NCBI GenBank assembly: GCA_951406725.2
Contig: OX597814.1
Span: 102,114,001 to 102,178,000, forward strand
Direction: 5' to 3'
From: Octopus vulgaris
Taxonomy: Eukaryota
Length of the DNA stretch: 64,000 nucleotides
The position numbers were made by a program, and so were the translations under genes. The notes beneath the pieces were generated by a model, which ran no database searches, was not told the DNA's origin, and saw only the letters and a program-made list of their open reading frames with translations. Each line of letters begins with the position of its first letter. The first letter of the stretch is position 1. This document shows, in pieces, positions 1 through 11,479 of this stretch.

Positions 1-1700
1 TCTTTTGGAGACATCGGTAATTTTTATGCCATGTCTAAGTTAATCACAAATCTATTTTGATTTGATGGTTAATGTATTAGAGAGAAAGAAGAAATTAGTT
101 AATGAATTTATAGTCGTTCTTCACGACAAAGTTATCTTTCCTACTGTAAATAATATAAAATGTTATATTTATATAATAAAAAATAATTAAAAAGAAAATG
201 TTTCTCTTCACGTTTGTTTTTCAACTGAGCATAAATAAGTATGCATTTCTGTAATCCTTAACTTATGTTTTTCTTATAGCGGTTTAAAGGACACGATTAA
301 AATATTCAACATACATGTCATTAATATAGCGTTTCATGCGTATATGTCTCTATGACGTTATAACTGTAGTTAGGGTTTAGGTATAATGATAAAACTTTAA
401 TATAAGTGACGTTGAATCATTATATTCTCCCTTACTCAGAGAAAAGCCAAATAAAATAAAATAACCTAAGAGAAAGCTTAAGGATTAAACCGAAAAACCG
501 ACATAGGAAAGTATAAATATATTTTGAAGAATTGGAAAATTACGTCTATTCCTAACTAACTTGATATCCTTCCAGCCTTATAATTTAAAGGCTTTCTTAC
601 TTTTTTACTCTTTATTTTTTTTACATTTTTTACATTTTAGCTGTTTATTTTCGTTTTTCGTTTTTCGCCTTCCATATTTTACTTTTTGTGTTTTCTATTT
701 TTCACATTTTTTCTATTCAATTTTTTTGGTTCCTTATATGTAGTTTGCACCCGAAGAATATGTACTTTGACACGTGTGAGAATAGAAGTTGTGCGGTATC
801 CATGTCTGACAAGTAGAGTTTTCAAACGTTGCGGCAAGGAAGACGTATCGAAAACTACCAGGTGTCACCTCTTAAAGCAGATAGCCAGGAATGTTTCAAG
901 CCCTCCTCTGAATGCTGTTCATGAGCAGAAGGGACAGAAATGGGCAGAAAAATATATGAAGATAGATTTTTCAACAATTCTGTTCACTGACGAATGCCGT
1001 GCACCCCTTGATGGACCAGGTGGCTGGAGTAAAGTTTGAGTATCAAACAGCAGGAACCGTCTACATCGTTTGAGTCGCCAACAGTGGAGAAATGGGGTCA
1101 TGTTTTGGGCTGGCATCAGAAGGCTGCGTGTTCGAATCACGTCGGGGTCACCAGTTTTTATAGCGGTGTTTTTGTTTACTGTTAGTGTAACGCTACTTTT
1201 ATATGTCTCTTATTTGGAAATAGATAAATATATTTTACTTTTGCAGTAGGAATATATATTGATAAACCCGTCACTTATAACTTACTTATAAGTGTTATCA
1301 TTATACATAAATCCTGACTCCAGCTACATAAACGCCATAGTGAGAAATATATTCTCTGAAACGCTAATGGACATTTTATGCGTGCATGTATGTTGAAGAT
1401 AAATAAATTAGTGTTCTATTAACCGCTATAAAAAAATAGTTTCATAATTACAGTAAGAAATTTAATTAATAAGTCGAAGAACGTGAAGAAAGGGAAAACA
1501 ATTACTACATTAGTTTATTTATGTACATTTAGCATTTTTAATACAATTTGAAAGTAAAGTAATTTTGTCGTAGAGAATTACGGCTTAAAATTCACACTAA
1601 CTAATTCTTCATACTAACTATTATAGATCTCAACAATTCAAATAAGTCTTGTTGGATTTTTCATAGACATGGCATAAGAAATAGTCAATGTTTCAGAGGA
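1..1700. repeat. Long degenerate inverted repeat (arms ~1-430 and ~1245-1700); foldback/long-TIR element remnant
   Basis: Collinear reverse-complement blocks: TTATGCCATGTCTA (~24) vs TAGACATGGCATAA (~1664); TTATAGCGGTT (~274) vs AACCGCTATAA (~1421); TTCAACATACATG (~305) vs CATGTATGTTGAA (~1386); TATAAGTGACG (~401) vs CGTCACTTATA (~1269). The left arm probably runs past the window start. Confidence 0.75.
800..1140 (+). mobile_element. Tc1-like transposase fragment (DD37E/TRT-like), degenerate
   Basis: ORF 686-1039 ends KYMKIDFSTILFTDECRAPLDGPGGWSK and is followed by GVMFWAGI. This matches the first catalytic Asp motif (FTDE..LDGPDGW) of Tc1-type DD37E transposases. Confidence 0.7.
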
Positions 1701-2122
1701 GTGAGTGTCGTGGAGTTTAGTAACATTCCACAAACACTAAAGTTTTCCCCCAAATCCCCAACTTGACTTTAAAGAATTGAAATCACATAAAAATATTCTT
1801 TAACTAATTTTCAGAATTCCTATATGCGCAGTTATTTCAACCAATGGGAAAACGACAATCATATTTTTTCGACAATACGACATTACATCATATTGCCAGC
1901 TACCACAATTTGGCGCCACTATTTGAAAAGGCTGCACGCTATACATTCATATGCACGCATACACATCCAAGATATACACTTCTAGGTAAAAGTATATACA
2001 CGTAAATAACAATACATGCATATATACATACACATTAAAACAATAAAATACATATACAAAGACTGTAGGTATAGATATATATGTATAAATTACTTTCACA
2101 TAAAAAAGTTTTTATGTATGTA

Positions 2123-2180
<58 letters not shown>

Positions 2181-2415
2181 GCATATATACATACATATAT
2201 GTACGTACCTACCTCTACATGTATATATACATGCATATATGGGTACAGGACACCAAAAAAACGTCGAACACAATGAGAAACGAAAAAACATAAACACAAA
2301 ACCAAGGAAATGGACATTTTTTTTAAACAACGAAAAAATAGAGTAGAGGACATACAAAACAAGGAAAATTCCCCTTCTTCAGTCGCCTTAATTTCATCTA
2401 CTCCACGTTTCGAAG

Positions 2416-2461
<46 letters not shown>

Positions 2462-2711
2462 ATATTTCGGAATGGTCATTTTGCCAGTTTAGCCAATATA
2501 TATATTAAATTAGAGACAAAACCACTATTAGGCAAATCAAACAATGAAAAACTTAAGCCAATCCATATGATTAATTTATATTATTTAAATATATAACAAA
2601 ATTATTTTAAAAATATATTAAAAAAATATATTAATATTTTACTATAAAATTGGATTCAATCCTAAATCTGATTTTTCCCTGTAAGTTTGGATTTATTCCC
2701 TAATATTTATT

Positions 2712-3556
2712 AGCATCAGTGTCGGCGACCACAGCTTGCAGGTGGTGAACGAGTTCACTTACCTGGGATCGACGGTCTCCAGCAGCCTGTCCCTCGAGCC
2801 GGAGCTGAACAGACGGATTGGGAAGGCTGCTACTGCCATGGCTAAGCTCTCCAGGAGAGTGTGGGAAAACAACATGCTCACAATAACCACCAAGATCGCA
2901 GTGTACCAAGCCTGCGTGCTGAGCACCCTACTCTACAGCAGCGAGAGCTGGACAACATACACCCGGCAGGAATGCCGCCTCAGCGGCTTCCACATGCGGT
3001 GTCTTCGACGGATCCTTAGCATCTCCTGGAAGGACCGAGTACCAAACGGAGTCATCCTAGAACAAACTAATATGCCAAGCATGCATGCCTTCCTCGTGCG
3101 GAGACGACTGCGCTGGCTCGGACACGTCTGCCGCATGCAGGACGGTCGCATGCCTAAAGACATCCTGTACAGCGAACTCACCACGGGATCCCGACCCAAG
3201 GGACGTCCACAGCTACGATACAGGGATGTGTGCAAGCGCGACCTGAGGACTGCCAACATCTGTGTGGACACGTGGGAGGAAACAGCTGCTGACCGCTCTG
3301 CCTGGCGTTGGACGGTGAGGAAAGGCGTTTCCATGGCTGAGGAAAGGAGAGCACAATTGTGGTTGGACAGGCGGGACAGGAGGAGGACAACTGCAGCAAC
3401 ACCCCACACGTACCCATCGATGTTCGTGTGCAGCAACTGTACCAAGGACTGCCACTCTAGAATTGGACTGTTCAGTCACAGCAGACGCTGCTCATCATCA
3501 AAGTAGGCCCCACCCTTGGCGCAACCTATTGTCTATCAAGACAGACGGGGTAGAAA

Positions 3557-3560
<4 letters not shown>
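2712..3560 (+). mobile_element. RTE-clade LINE, 5'-truncated (RT C-terminus + terminal zinc finger)
   Basis: Uninterrupted ORF 2736-3506: FTYLGS, LLYSSESWT, RLRWLGHVCRM, GRPQLRYRD and terminal CxxC...HSRIGLFSHSRRC, typical of RTE/BovB-like ORFs. GC-rich island ending in (TA)n. Confidence 0.9.
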
Positions 3561-3609
<49 letters not shown>

Positions 3610-3719
3610 TACTCGATCGATACCAGTTTTTGATAGGGGTGAAAGAACTTTGTTTTGCAAGGTACGTGCGTATATTTTGTTTTCGTACATGTAATTCTCG
3701 ATTATACATATATGAATAA

Positions 3720-3835
3720 GTATATATACATTATTTGCATTTGACAGATATTCGTCCTCATCTTGTTTGTTGTTAACACAACATTTCGGTTGATATACCC
3801 TCCAGCCTTCATCGGGTGTCTTGGGGAAATTTTGT
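3720..3835 (-). mobile_element. Hammerhead-containing repeat tail, copy 1 (core mutated)
   Basis: Minus strand reads GACAC-CCGATGA-AGGCTGGAGGGTATATCAACC-GAAATGTT-GTGTT, homologous to 5995-6100 (+) and 14815-14995 (-). Confidence 0.7.
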
Positions 3836-5711
3836 GTGCCTTGGGTATGTGCTGTGATTTGTTGTGATGCTCTGATGGTTATTGTATGGAAAGTGTTCTG
3901 CGTAGGATGTGTGCAGTGCCTAGTAGTGAAATTTTCTGTATTTTATATGTGTTTGTAAGTCCTGGTGTTTTTGTTATGTATTTGTCTGAATATTTTTTTA
4001 TCATGCCTAATGCACCTACTATGATAGGAATTGTTTCTGTTTTTAGATTCCACATTCTGGTTACCTCTATTTCCAGGTCTTTGTATTTTGAAAGTTTCTC
4101 CATTTCTTTTAGAGACACGTTGTCATCTGCTGTTATTGATACATCAATTACAAAGCATTTTTTTTCTTCATGATCTCTGACAACTATATCTGGGATGTTG
4201 GCCTTAATTTCTCTATCTGTGTGTATCGGCATATCCCAGAGTATGGTTGTTTTCTCGTTTTCTGTGACCTTTTCTGGTGTGTGCCTATTCCATCTTTTTT
4301 TCTGTTGTTATTCCGTAATGTTGGCATAGCTTCCAGTGTATGTAGGTCCCAACTCTGTCATGTCTGTGAATATATTCCTTCTTAGCCAGGACTGACAGCC
4401 AGAGATAATATGATTTATTGTTTCTTGTCCATCTCCACATATTCTGCAGTTACTTGTTATATTTCTTTTCATTACATGTTTTTGGTAATTTCTGGTGGGG
4501 AGGCTTTGGTCTTGTGCTGCAATTAAAAATCCCTCTGTCTCTGCTTTGAGTCCTGAGCTTCTCAACCATTGCTGGGATTTTTCTTTGTCTATTTCTTTTG
4601 CATTTAGTTTAGTCCAGTATTTACCATGAAGGGGCTTTTCTTGCCATCGTTTTATCATGCTTCTTTGCTGTTCTAGTTTTAGTTTGGATTTCATTTGTTT
4701 TATAGCTTTTGTTGTTTCTTCATCTTCTTCTTCATATTTGTTAGGTGGTATGATTTCTTGTTTGTATTTGTCAGCTTCCTTAAATACTGAGAACTTTTTT
4801 GTTTTGCTCGTGTTTTGCCGCTATTTGTATCAGTTTTCCTTCCTTCTGAAGTAGATATTTTTGCAGTCCTATGGTGGCTATGTTATAGTAGTTTTCCAGC
4901 TGTATAAGGCCTCTACCACCTTCTATACGTTGTATATATAGTCTTTCTATGTCAGATTTTGGGTGATGCATCCTAGATCCTGTCATTATTTTTCTTGTTT
5001 TCCTATCTATTTTGGTCAGTTCATTTAGTGTCCAGTTAAGGATATTGTAGCTGTAACTTATAATTGGGTCATCTAAAGTGTTAATACCTATTATCTTGTT
5101 TTTAGCATTGAGCTCTGTTTTTAGTATTGATCTAACTCGTCTATAATATTCTTTTTTTATTTTCTCTTTCATTTGTGTGTGTTGTCTTATCTAGTTCATG
5201 GACTCCTAAGTATTTGTAAGTTTGGCTTTGGTCTAATTCTTTTATTTCATTGGTTTTATCTAGTGTGATGTTGCTACTCTTAACTAGTTTTCCTCTTTTC
5301 AGGGTTACTTTGGCGCATTTTTCTAATCCAAATTTCATATCTATTTCTTTGGTAAATCCATGAACTGTCTTTAATAGTGTTTCCAGCTGTTTGTCATTTG
5401 CAGCGTATAGTTTTAGGTCATCCATATATAAAAGGTGGCTGATCGTTTTGCCGTAACATTTATATCCGCATCCAGTTCTATTTAGCATATCAGATAGAGG
5501 TGACAGTGCCAAGCAGAAAAGGAGTGGAGAGAGCGTGTCTCCCTGGAATATTCCTCTTCTAATGGGGATGGCTTTGGTTTTCATGAGTCCCTCTTTTGTT
5601 TGGAGCTGTAGTACTGTTTGCCATTTATTCATAGAGTGTCCTATGTATTTTATAATTGTTGGTGCTACTTTGTTAATGGCTAGTGTTTCGAGGATCCATG
5701 TGTTGGGGATG

Positions 5712-5716
<5 letters not shown>
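3836..5716 (-). mobile_element. R4/Dong-like non-LTR retrotransposon (RT + CCHC + restriction-like endonuclease), frameshifted
   Basis: Consecutive minus-strand ORFs: GIFQGDTLSPLLF and HLLYMDDLKLY (RT), CRICGDGQETINHIISGC (zinc knuckle), PDIVVRD...IDVSI...KLSKYKDL (PD-(D/E)xK). Abuts an (ATT)n tract at 5716. Confidence 0.9.
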
Positions 5717-5777
<61 letters not shown>

Positions 5778-5781
<4 letters not shown>

Positions 5782-5852
5782 TCACTGCCTGGAATCGAAC
5801 TCGGTATCTTAGGGTTAGTTGCCCGAGTTCTTAACCACTACACCATATGCCC
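5778..5852 (-). mobile_element. tRNA-derived Pol III SINE head (inverted copy)
   Basis: Minus strand has A-box TGGTGTAGTGG and B-box GAGTTCGATTCC, followed by (AAT)n. Mirror image of 5856-5930. Confidence 0.8.
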
Positions 5853-5855
5853 CAC

Positions 5856-5926
5856 GGCCATATGGTGTAGTGGTTCAGAGCGCCGGTTACTAACCTTAAG
5901 ATACCGAGTTTGATTCCAGGCAGTGA

Positions 5927-5997
<71 letters not shown>

Positions 5998-6100
5998 TCG
6001 AAAAATACCTTAAGAATGAGAATCCAAGTTCGAAATTTCCCCCAAGACACCTGATGAAGGCTGGAGGTTATATCAGGCGAAACGTTGTGTTAAAATACTA
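5856..6100 (+). mobile_element. tRNA-headed short element with (AAT)n spacer and hammerhead ribozyme tail
   Basis: A-box TGGTGTAGTGG at 5863-5873, B-box GAGTTTGATTCC at 5906-5917, (AAT)n at 5931-5994, then GACAC-CTGATGA...GAAACGTT-GTGTT. Confidence 0.75.
6046..6091 (+). ncRNA. Minimal type I hammerhead ribozyme motif
   Basis: Stem I GACAC/GTGTT; core CTGATGA (6051-6057); stem II GGCTG/CAGGC with one mismatch; GAAAC (6079-6083); loopless palindromic stem III ACGT; predicted GUU cleavage triplet. Confidence 0.7.
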
Positions 6101-7937
6101 GGTAAGATATTTGTCTGGGGGGCGGATTCAGGGGGGTCTGTTGTTCATGTTTATTTATTTTTGTCGAACAAGAAATCTCCACTGAGTTCCACACATTTGT
6201 CTGCCTGTGGTTGTGCTTAAAGTTTCACTTAACGGGGAAAAGTGTATTTTGGGGGTGTATCTCTCCGAAAATTGTGTTATTTTTGTGACTGTTTTGTGCC
6301 CTTGCCAGAAGAATTACCAAGTTGGCCAGGAGTACCAGGACAACCAGAAGAATTTGTTGTGTTTTTTTAACTGTTTCTCGTCTTTTTCTTTCCTTCCTGT
6401 ATTTTTTTTTAACTTTGAACAAAAAAGAAACATGGTAAAGAAGATAAATAACACTGCGTTGGAGTGAGAAATTGTCCCGCCCTATCAGTGGATGAAAGAC
6501 TTTGAAGAGAGGACTGTGGTGCTGCGAACGTATTCCAAGCCGCTCGACGCCATCGCCCTCTTTCAAAAGAGTGAAATTGAGAAAGAGTTGGCAGAATATT
6601 TGCCAACTACTAAATTCATCTCCAGGGGTATCAAATATGCAACGTTGTGGTTGCTGTTTGACACCCCTGAGGGGGCTCGCATTTTTGCGAGCCAGCCCCT
6701 GGAGGGCAATAAAATTGTGTTTCTTCCCACGTATTGTGGGAGTAAGTTGACAAGAGCTTGGGTCTGTGGGTTGCCACCAGGGATATAACCCGAGTGGATA
6801 AAGGAACCTATCCGCCGGGGTCTGGGTGGCAGCGGAGCCAAGCTCCTTAATGTGAAAATTTTCCTGCAGCTGATTGGGTTGGGTCAAAAGCTGTTTTGAC
6901 CCTTTGGACCCAATCAGCCAATCTGGTTTTTTCCAGATTTTTTTGAAAATGGCTGGGTGCAGGAACCCGGTGATTCTTGAGGGTGGCTCCCCACCCCCGG
7001 TGTCATCGGTGCCTGGAGCCTGGCCATATAAAACTATCCCCAGGTACAAAGTAAGGTCCTGGAGCAGTTGGTTGAGATCTCTGTAGAGGAGGGAATGAAG
7101 GCGGCCGAGGAAGTGGAGGACTCCTCAAAGAAGGGCCGCAAGAGGAAGATGGTGATCAACAATGGGTGCTCACCGAAGGATCCTAAAGATGAGGAAGGGA
7201 AGGTGAATCTCCTGGTCACGGAGGGGACGCACCCTCCCTCAGCTGAAAAAAAATAGGAAGAGGAAGAGAAACGGGACATTGCTGGCAGTCGGTGAGATAG
7301 TACCGGAATGTCCCGGTAGAGGTTGTGTCACCGACAAGGGAAGAGACACCGTTGGCGGGAATTGTGCCGCCAACAGTGGAATTGACTATCCCGCCCCCGG
7401 AGGAAGACGAATTATTGGTCTTCTTCTATAGAGGTGGAGGGGTAGAAAAGGTGGTGGAAGAGCGCCATAAGGGAGTACCTTCAGCCTGCACACAGGATCC
7501 CGAATGGCCTCCGCAGATGCGTAGGCTGCAGGGACTCAATGAAGAATATCACTTGTGGTTGGGCGACGCCGATACGGCACCGCTTTGATCTTGAATGAGG
7601 CGTGGGTGATGGAAGAGCATGCAGGCACAAGCGATGTTGAGGAGGAATAATGATAAGAGGTTGAAAAGCCTCAGTGCTATTGAAAGTTCCAAGTTTGGAA
7701 AGAAAGGTAAGGGGCTTAGCGCCTCATGTTGTTATTGAATATTGTGAACAGTGTAGAGGTTTGTTGTCTCATGAACAATATACAAGTGATCAATGTTCTC
7801 GGGGAAAATCGATCGGCGGGTGCCGCTTTTTCATCATTTTCATCATTTTCATTTTCATTTCATATAACATTATGTCTATGTCCAGCCCACAGCTTCCTTT
7901 CTCTGTGTAAGGCCTTATGGCCAATATAATGAAATAA
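6100..7937 (+). mobile_element. L1/Tx1-like ORF1 (gag-like) remnant with 3' AATAAA tail
   Basis: Broken reading frame 6431-7650 with an RRM-like segment (TVVLRTYSK...LWLLFDTPEGAR...RAWVCGLPPG) and an acidic/basic low-complexity C-terminus. GC-rich relative to its flanks; ends near AATAAA at ~7932. Family assignment is by resemblance only. Confidence 0.45.
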
Positions 7938-8240
7938 AGAAGCTTGCTTCCCAATCACATGGTTCCGCGTTCAGTTCCACTGCATGACACCGTGGGCGTG
8001 AGTCTTCTACTATAGGCTTGGGCCGACCAAAGCCTTGTGTATGGATCTGGTAGACGGAAACTGATAGAAGCCTGTTGTATGTGTGTGTGTGTGTGTTTGG
8101 TGCGTCTGTGTTTGTCTCCTCACCATCGTTTGACAACCGATGTTGGTGTCCTCGAAAGTTAACGGTTCGGCAAAAGGAGCCGATAGAATAAGTACTGGGC
8201 TTAGAAAGAATAAGTCCTGGGGGCGATTCATTCGACTAAA
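7938..8240 (+). mobile_element. tRNA-derived SINE, family B
   Basis: Shares GGCCGACCAAAGCCTTGTG..TGGAT..GGTAGACGGAAACTGA, an internal (TG)n and GATAGAATAAGTACT...AAAGAATAAGTCC with the copies at 34808, 38280, 48000 and 53478. Confidence 0.85.
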
Positions 8241-8824
8241 ACTTGGTGCTCCTATTATGTTACTTAGGAATCTTCAATCATCTCATCTGTGTAATGGAAC
8301 TCGCTTAATTGTTACTTCCATGAAGCCTCTAATCCTACAGGCAACAATCATAATAGGTAGTCACAAAGGAGAAAATGTCTCTATTCCAAAAATTCATGTC
8401 ATACCTACAGATGTTACATTTGAATTTAAGACGCTTCAGTTTCCATTTAAACTAAGTTCTGGTATTTCAATTAACAAATCACAGGGTCAATCTCTCAAAG
8501 TAGTTGAATTCCATCTCTCTCCTACATGCTTCTCCCACAGCCAACTCTATGTTTGTTGCTCACGAGTTGGAAGTAGCAACAATTTATTCATTTGGACACC
8601 AACAAAATATTACACAATGAATATTGTTTACCCTGACGTGCTTCAACATTGACAGATTTTCAGTTCGAAATTCTATTATCAGTACAATTTTGGATATTTT
8701 TTGATAAAATACAGATATTTTGAAATAATTATGAGAATACATCTTTATATTTATATTTATTGTTTACCTTTACTAATCTGAATAAGGACAGCAGTAACCG
8801 GGGCAACACTATGTCATTCAGCTA

Positions 8825-8825
<1 letters not shown>
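8240..8825 (+). mobile_element. Helitron 3' fragment (PIF1-like helicase C-terminus + CTAG end)
   Basis: ORF 8140-8652: LKLGAPIMLLRNL...CNGTRL...QFPFKL...INKSQGQSL...FSHSQLYVCCSRV. GC-rich subterminal motif at ~8798, then CTAG at 8822-8825 followed by T/(TA)n. Confidence 0.88.
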
Positions 8826-8875
<50 letters not shown>

Positions 8876-10141
8876 ATTTTTGCCTCTGTGCGTATTTATA
8901 TATACACATATATAAATTCATACATACACACAGATTTATATATGTATATATATTTATACTTACACACAGATATATATCTATATCAATCTTTATTTATATT
9001 TATACATGTGTGTGTGTGTACCCATGCGTGCGTGTGGATGTCTAGAGTTTGTAATAACAATGTAATTTACAATCTGATGAAGGCGATTGTTTAAAGAACT
9101 TTGGTGTATCCAAGTTTGAAGCAACCTAATCAGTTCTACTTATAGTTGTAGACTGAAGAGAATCGGCAAACACTGTTGGATAGCTGTCAGTATCGTTAAA
9201 TACGACCACTTGGTCGTGTTTTGACTTTTATCACCGGAATTCGACCAGTATCTATTGAGTTATAGTGTTATTAATACCCTGCATAATGTTACTTTGGGGA
9301 ACATTGCAAAAACGGATTCCTCGATTCAAAATATATTATAAAAAGTAAAGAATGAACAAGTCGATAAAATACATGTTTATAAACCACTTAGGTATTTTGC
9401 AACTCCGCAAAGGTCTAGGGTAAAATTTCAGTAGCATTTCTTGCGATTTCTAGGTATACTGATCGACAATTATTTTGAATCGTAAAATCTTTACTCTCAC
9501 TGACACCTGGAAGTTAAATCTTTGCAATTTTGGCTGCTGAGGCATCTATAATAAGGGTCACTGTAATTTTGGTAGAATCGTGTTTTTCCTCTTGTCTCAA
9601 TATAAAGGTTTCTTTGGGACATGCCTTCAACTTATCAGCAGGTGTAAATTTTGTGATGAGTAGCAGAGTTTGCTTGAATTTTTTTACCAGGAATCATTTC
9701 AAGTGCGATCAAGAGACTCACCTGCATGTCTGTAAAGCATTCTGCTCGAGAATCAAGAGTGATATTATACCATGAATAGTTCTGTTTGAGATTTCGACAG
9801 ATTATAAAAGATTCCTGATATACTGATTTAAAACAATCGATGTGCGGTTTCAAATATACAATTTTTATTTGTCAAAAGTTCGCAGAGGGCAAAACATTGC
9901 AAAAACGGATTCCTCGATTTAAAATATATTATAGAAAGAAAACAATGAACAAGTTGGTAATATGCAATCGCTAGCAATTAGCACATACAACAAATTATAC
10001 AATGATCAGCAAAATATTGATATTGAAAATAAACAAATGACTCCGAGTACATACAAAGAAACATGTTTTTTTGTTAATGAAAGTTAAAGGTAAGGTTATA
10101 ATGAATATTTACTGAACGCAATAGCCATATTCTATAAAGAA

Positions 10142-10187
<46 letters not shown>

Positions 10188-10200
10188 TTCTCTCTCTCTT

Positions 10201-10267
<67 letters not shown>

Positions 10268-10391
10268 TAAACGCGTGCGCGCGCAGAAATTTAAAGTTTT
10301 GTTACATATGTACAAAGAAGAAAATTACAAAATGTTCTTACGGTGATACCGTTTAAAAATTGAAATATAATTAAAATCGATCACACTGTTA

Positions 10392-10629
10392 TTAACCTTC
10401 TCGTATACACTTTTTAAGATTATTCCAGAAAACATCACTTGTCTTCGCGTTGTCCGTTGGAAAACATATATAACTCTGTGTTTTGACTTGATGTTGTAAT
10501 TGTAGAGGTAGAATTTCTACAGAAAGTTCTTCGAGCATTATGACAATTACCAAATCTCTTTCAGTGTGGACACATTCCATTTTAGCCATGTTATATTCAA
10601 ACATACACCATTCACTTGCCAAAAAGTTC
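10392..10629 (-). CDS. TLR: Toll-like receptor, last coding exon (C-terminal half of TIR domain)
   Basis: Acceptor TTTAATTTCAG|G at 10630/10629. The G completes the Arg codon (AG|G) from the upstream exon. The exon encodes NFLASEWCMFEYNMA...VIVIMLEE...SYICFP...FWNNLKKCIREG*, including the SEWC motif and box 3 FW. Confidence 0.93.
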
Positions 10630-11479
10630 CTGAAATTAAACGAAATTATACATTGATGATAAAACTTTAAAATACGAAACAAATATTATCATAATTTGCT
10701 GGTAAAAACTGGAGAGGACTGTGAAGACCTAGAGGAGAGAAAGAAAGACTGATAGGGTAAGAGAGGGAGAGAGAAAGAGGGAGAAAAAGAAAGAGATAGA
10801 GAAGGGGGAAAAGAGAGATAAAATAGAGCGAGAAAGAAATAGTATTGTGTGAGTTCTTTACCACCTGAGCTCATATTATATGGTAGTATCCTCGTGGGCC
10901 ACCACAAATTCCAACCCCTCGTCATTGTTCGTGTGGTGGTGGCAACAGTCTGGGATTGCCTCATTAAGCTATACCGTCCGATGACAGAAACTTTTTTCCT
11001 GCTTTGACCATCGACAGGAAGATCGCCTTCGGTAATCTAGCAGGGTCACCCAAAGCGAGCAGGTCGACGTTGAACCCAAACTGACAAATGGGGTTCTGAT
11101 TACCTGCATGGGGGGGGGCAGCATAGCAGGTGTGAAACCTTGACAGAAGAACTGTCAACTTAGTAAATGGTAAGGTGCACAAGATGCTGGGCAGAGAAAT
11201 CCTAAACAGATCAATGACTAGTTCAGTTCAGTTCAGTTCAGTCAGAGAAATACTGTGATCATTAATAGACGTAGCTCACACTGAGGAATATACTGGGCTA
11301 TCGAAAGACTAGTCATTACTTTGGATCATTCCAGAAACTCATACCGCATCGATCGTCGTGCGGATTATCAAGGGTCGCGACCAGGTATGCCGGTTCTGGT
11401 ATTTGCGTTCGACAAGTCAGCTACAGAAACAAAATAGAAATTTGCTAGATGCAAGCATCTTGTTAAAGTATCGACTTTC

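Noticed and set aside
2933-3445. 170-aa minus-strand ORF
   Set aside because: Antisense to the RTE reading frame.
5778-5930. Two functional tRNA genes
   Set aside because: A and B boxes are present, but the acceptor and anticodon stems pair poorly, there is no poly-T terminator, and both run into (AAT)n. Better explained as SINE heads.
6225-7049. 274-aa minus-strand ORF as a host gene
   Set aside because: Antisense shadow of the GC-rich ORF1-like remnant on the plus strand; no recognisable domain.
9070-9175. CTGATGA / CTGAAGA as hammerhead cores
   Set aside because: No properly spaced GAAA with pairing stems could be found.
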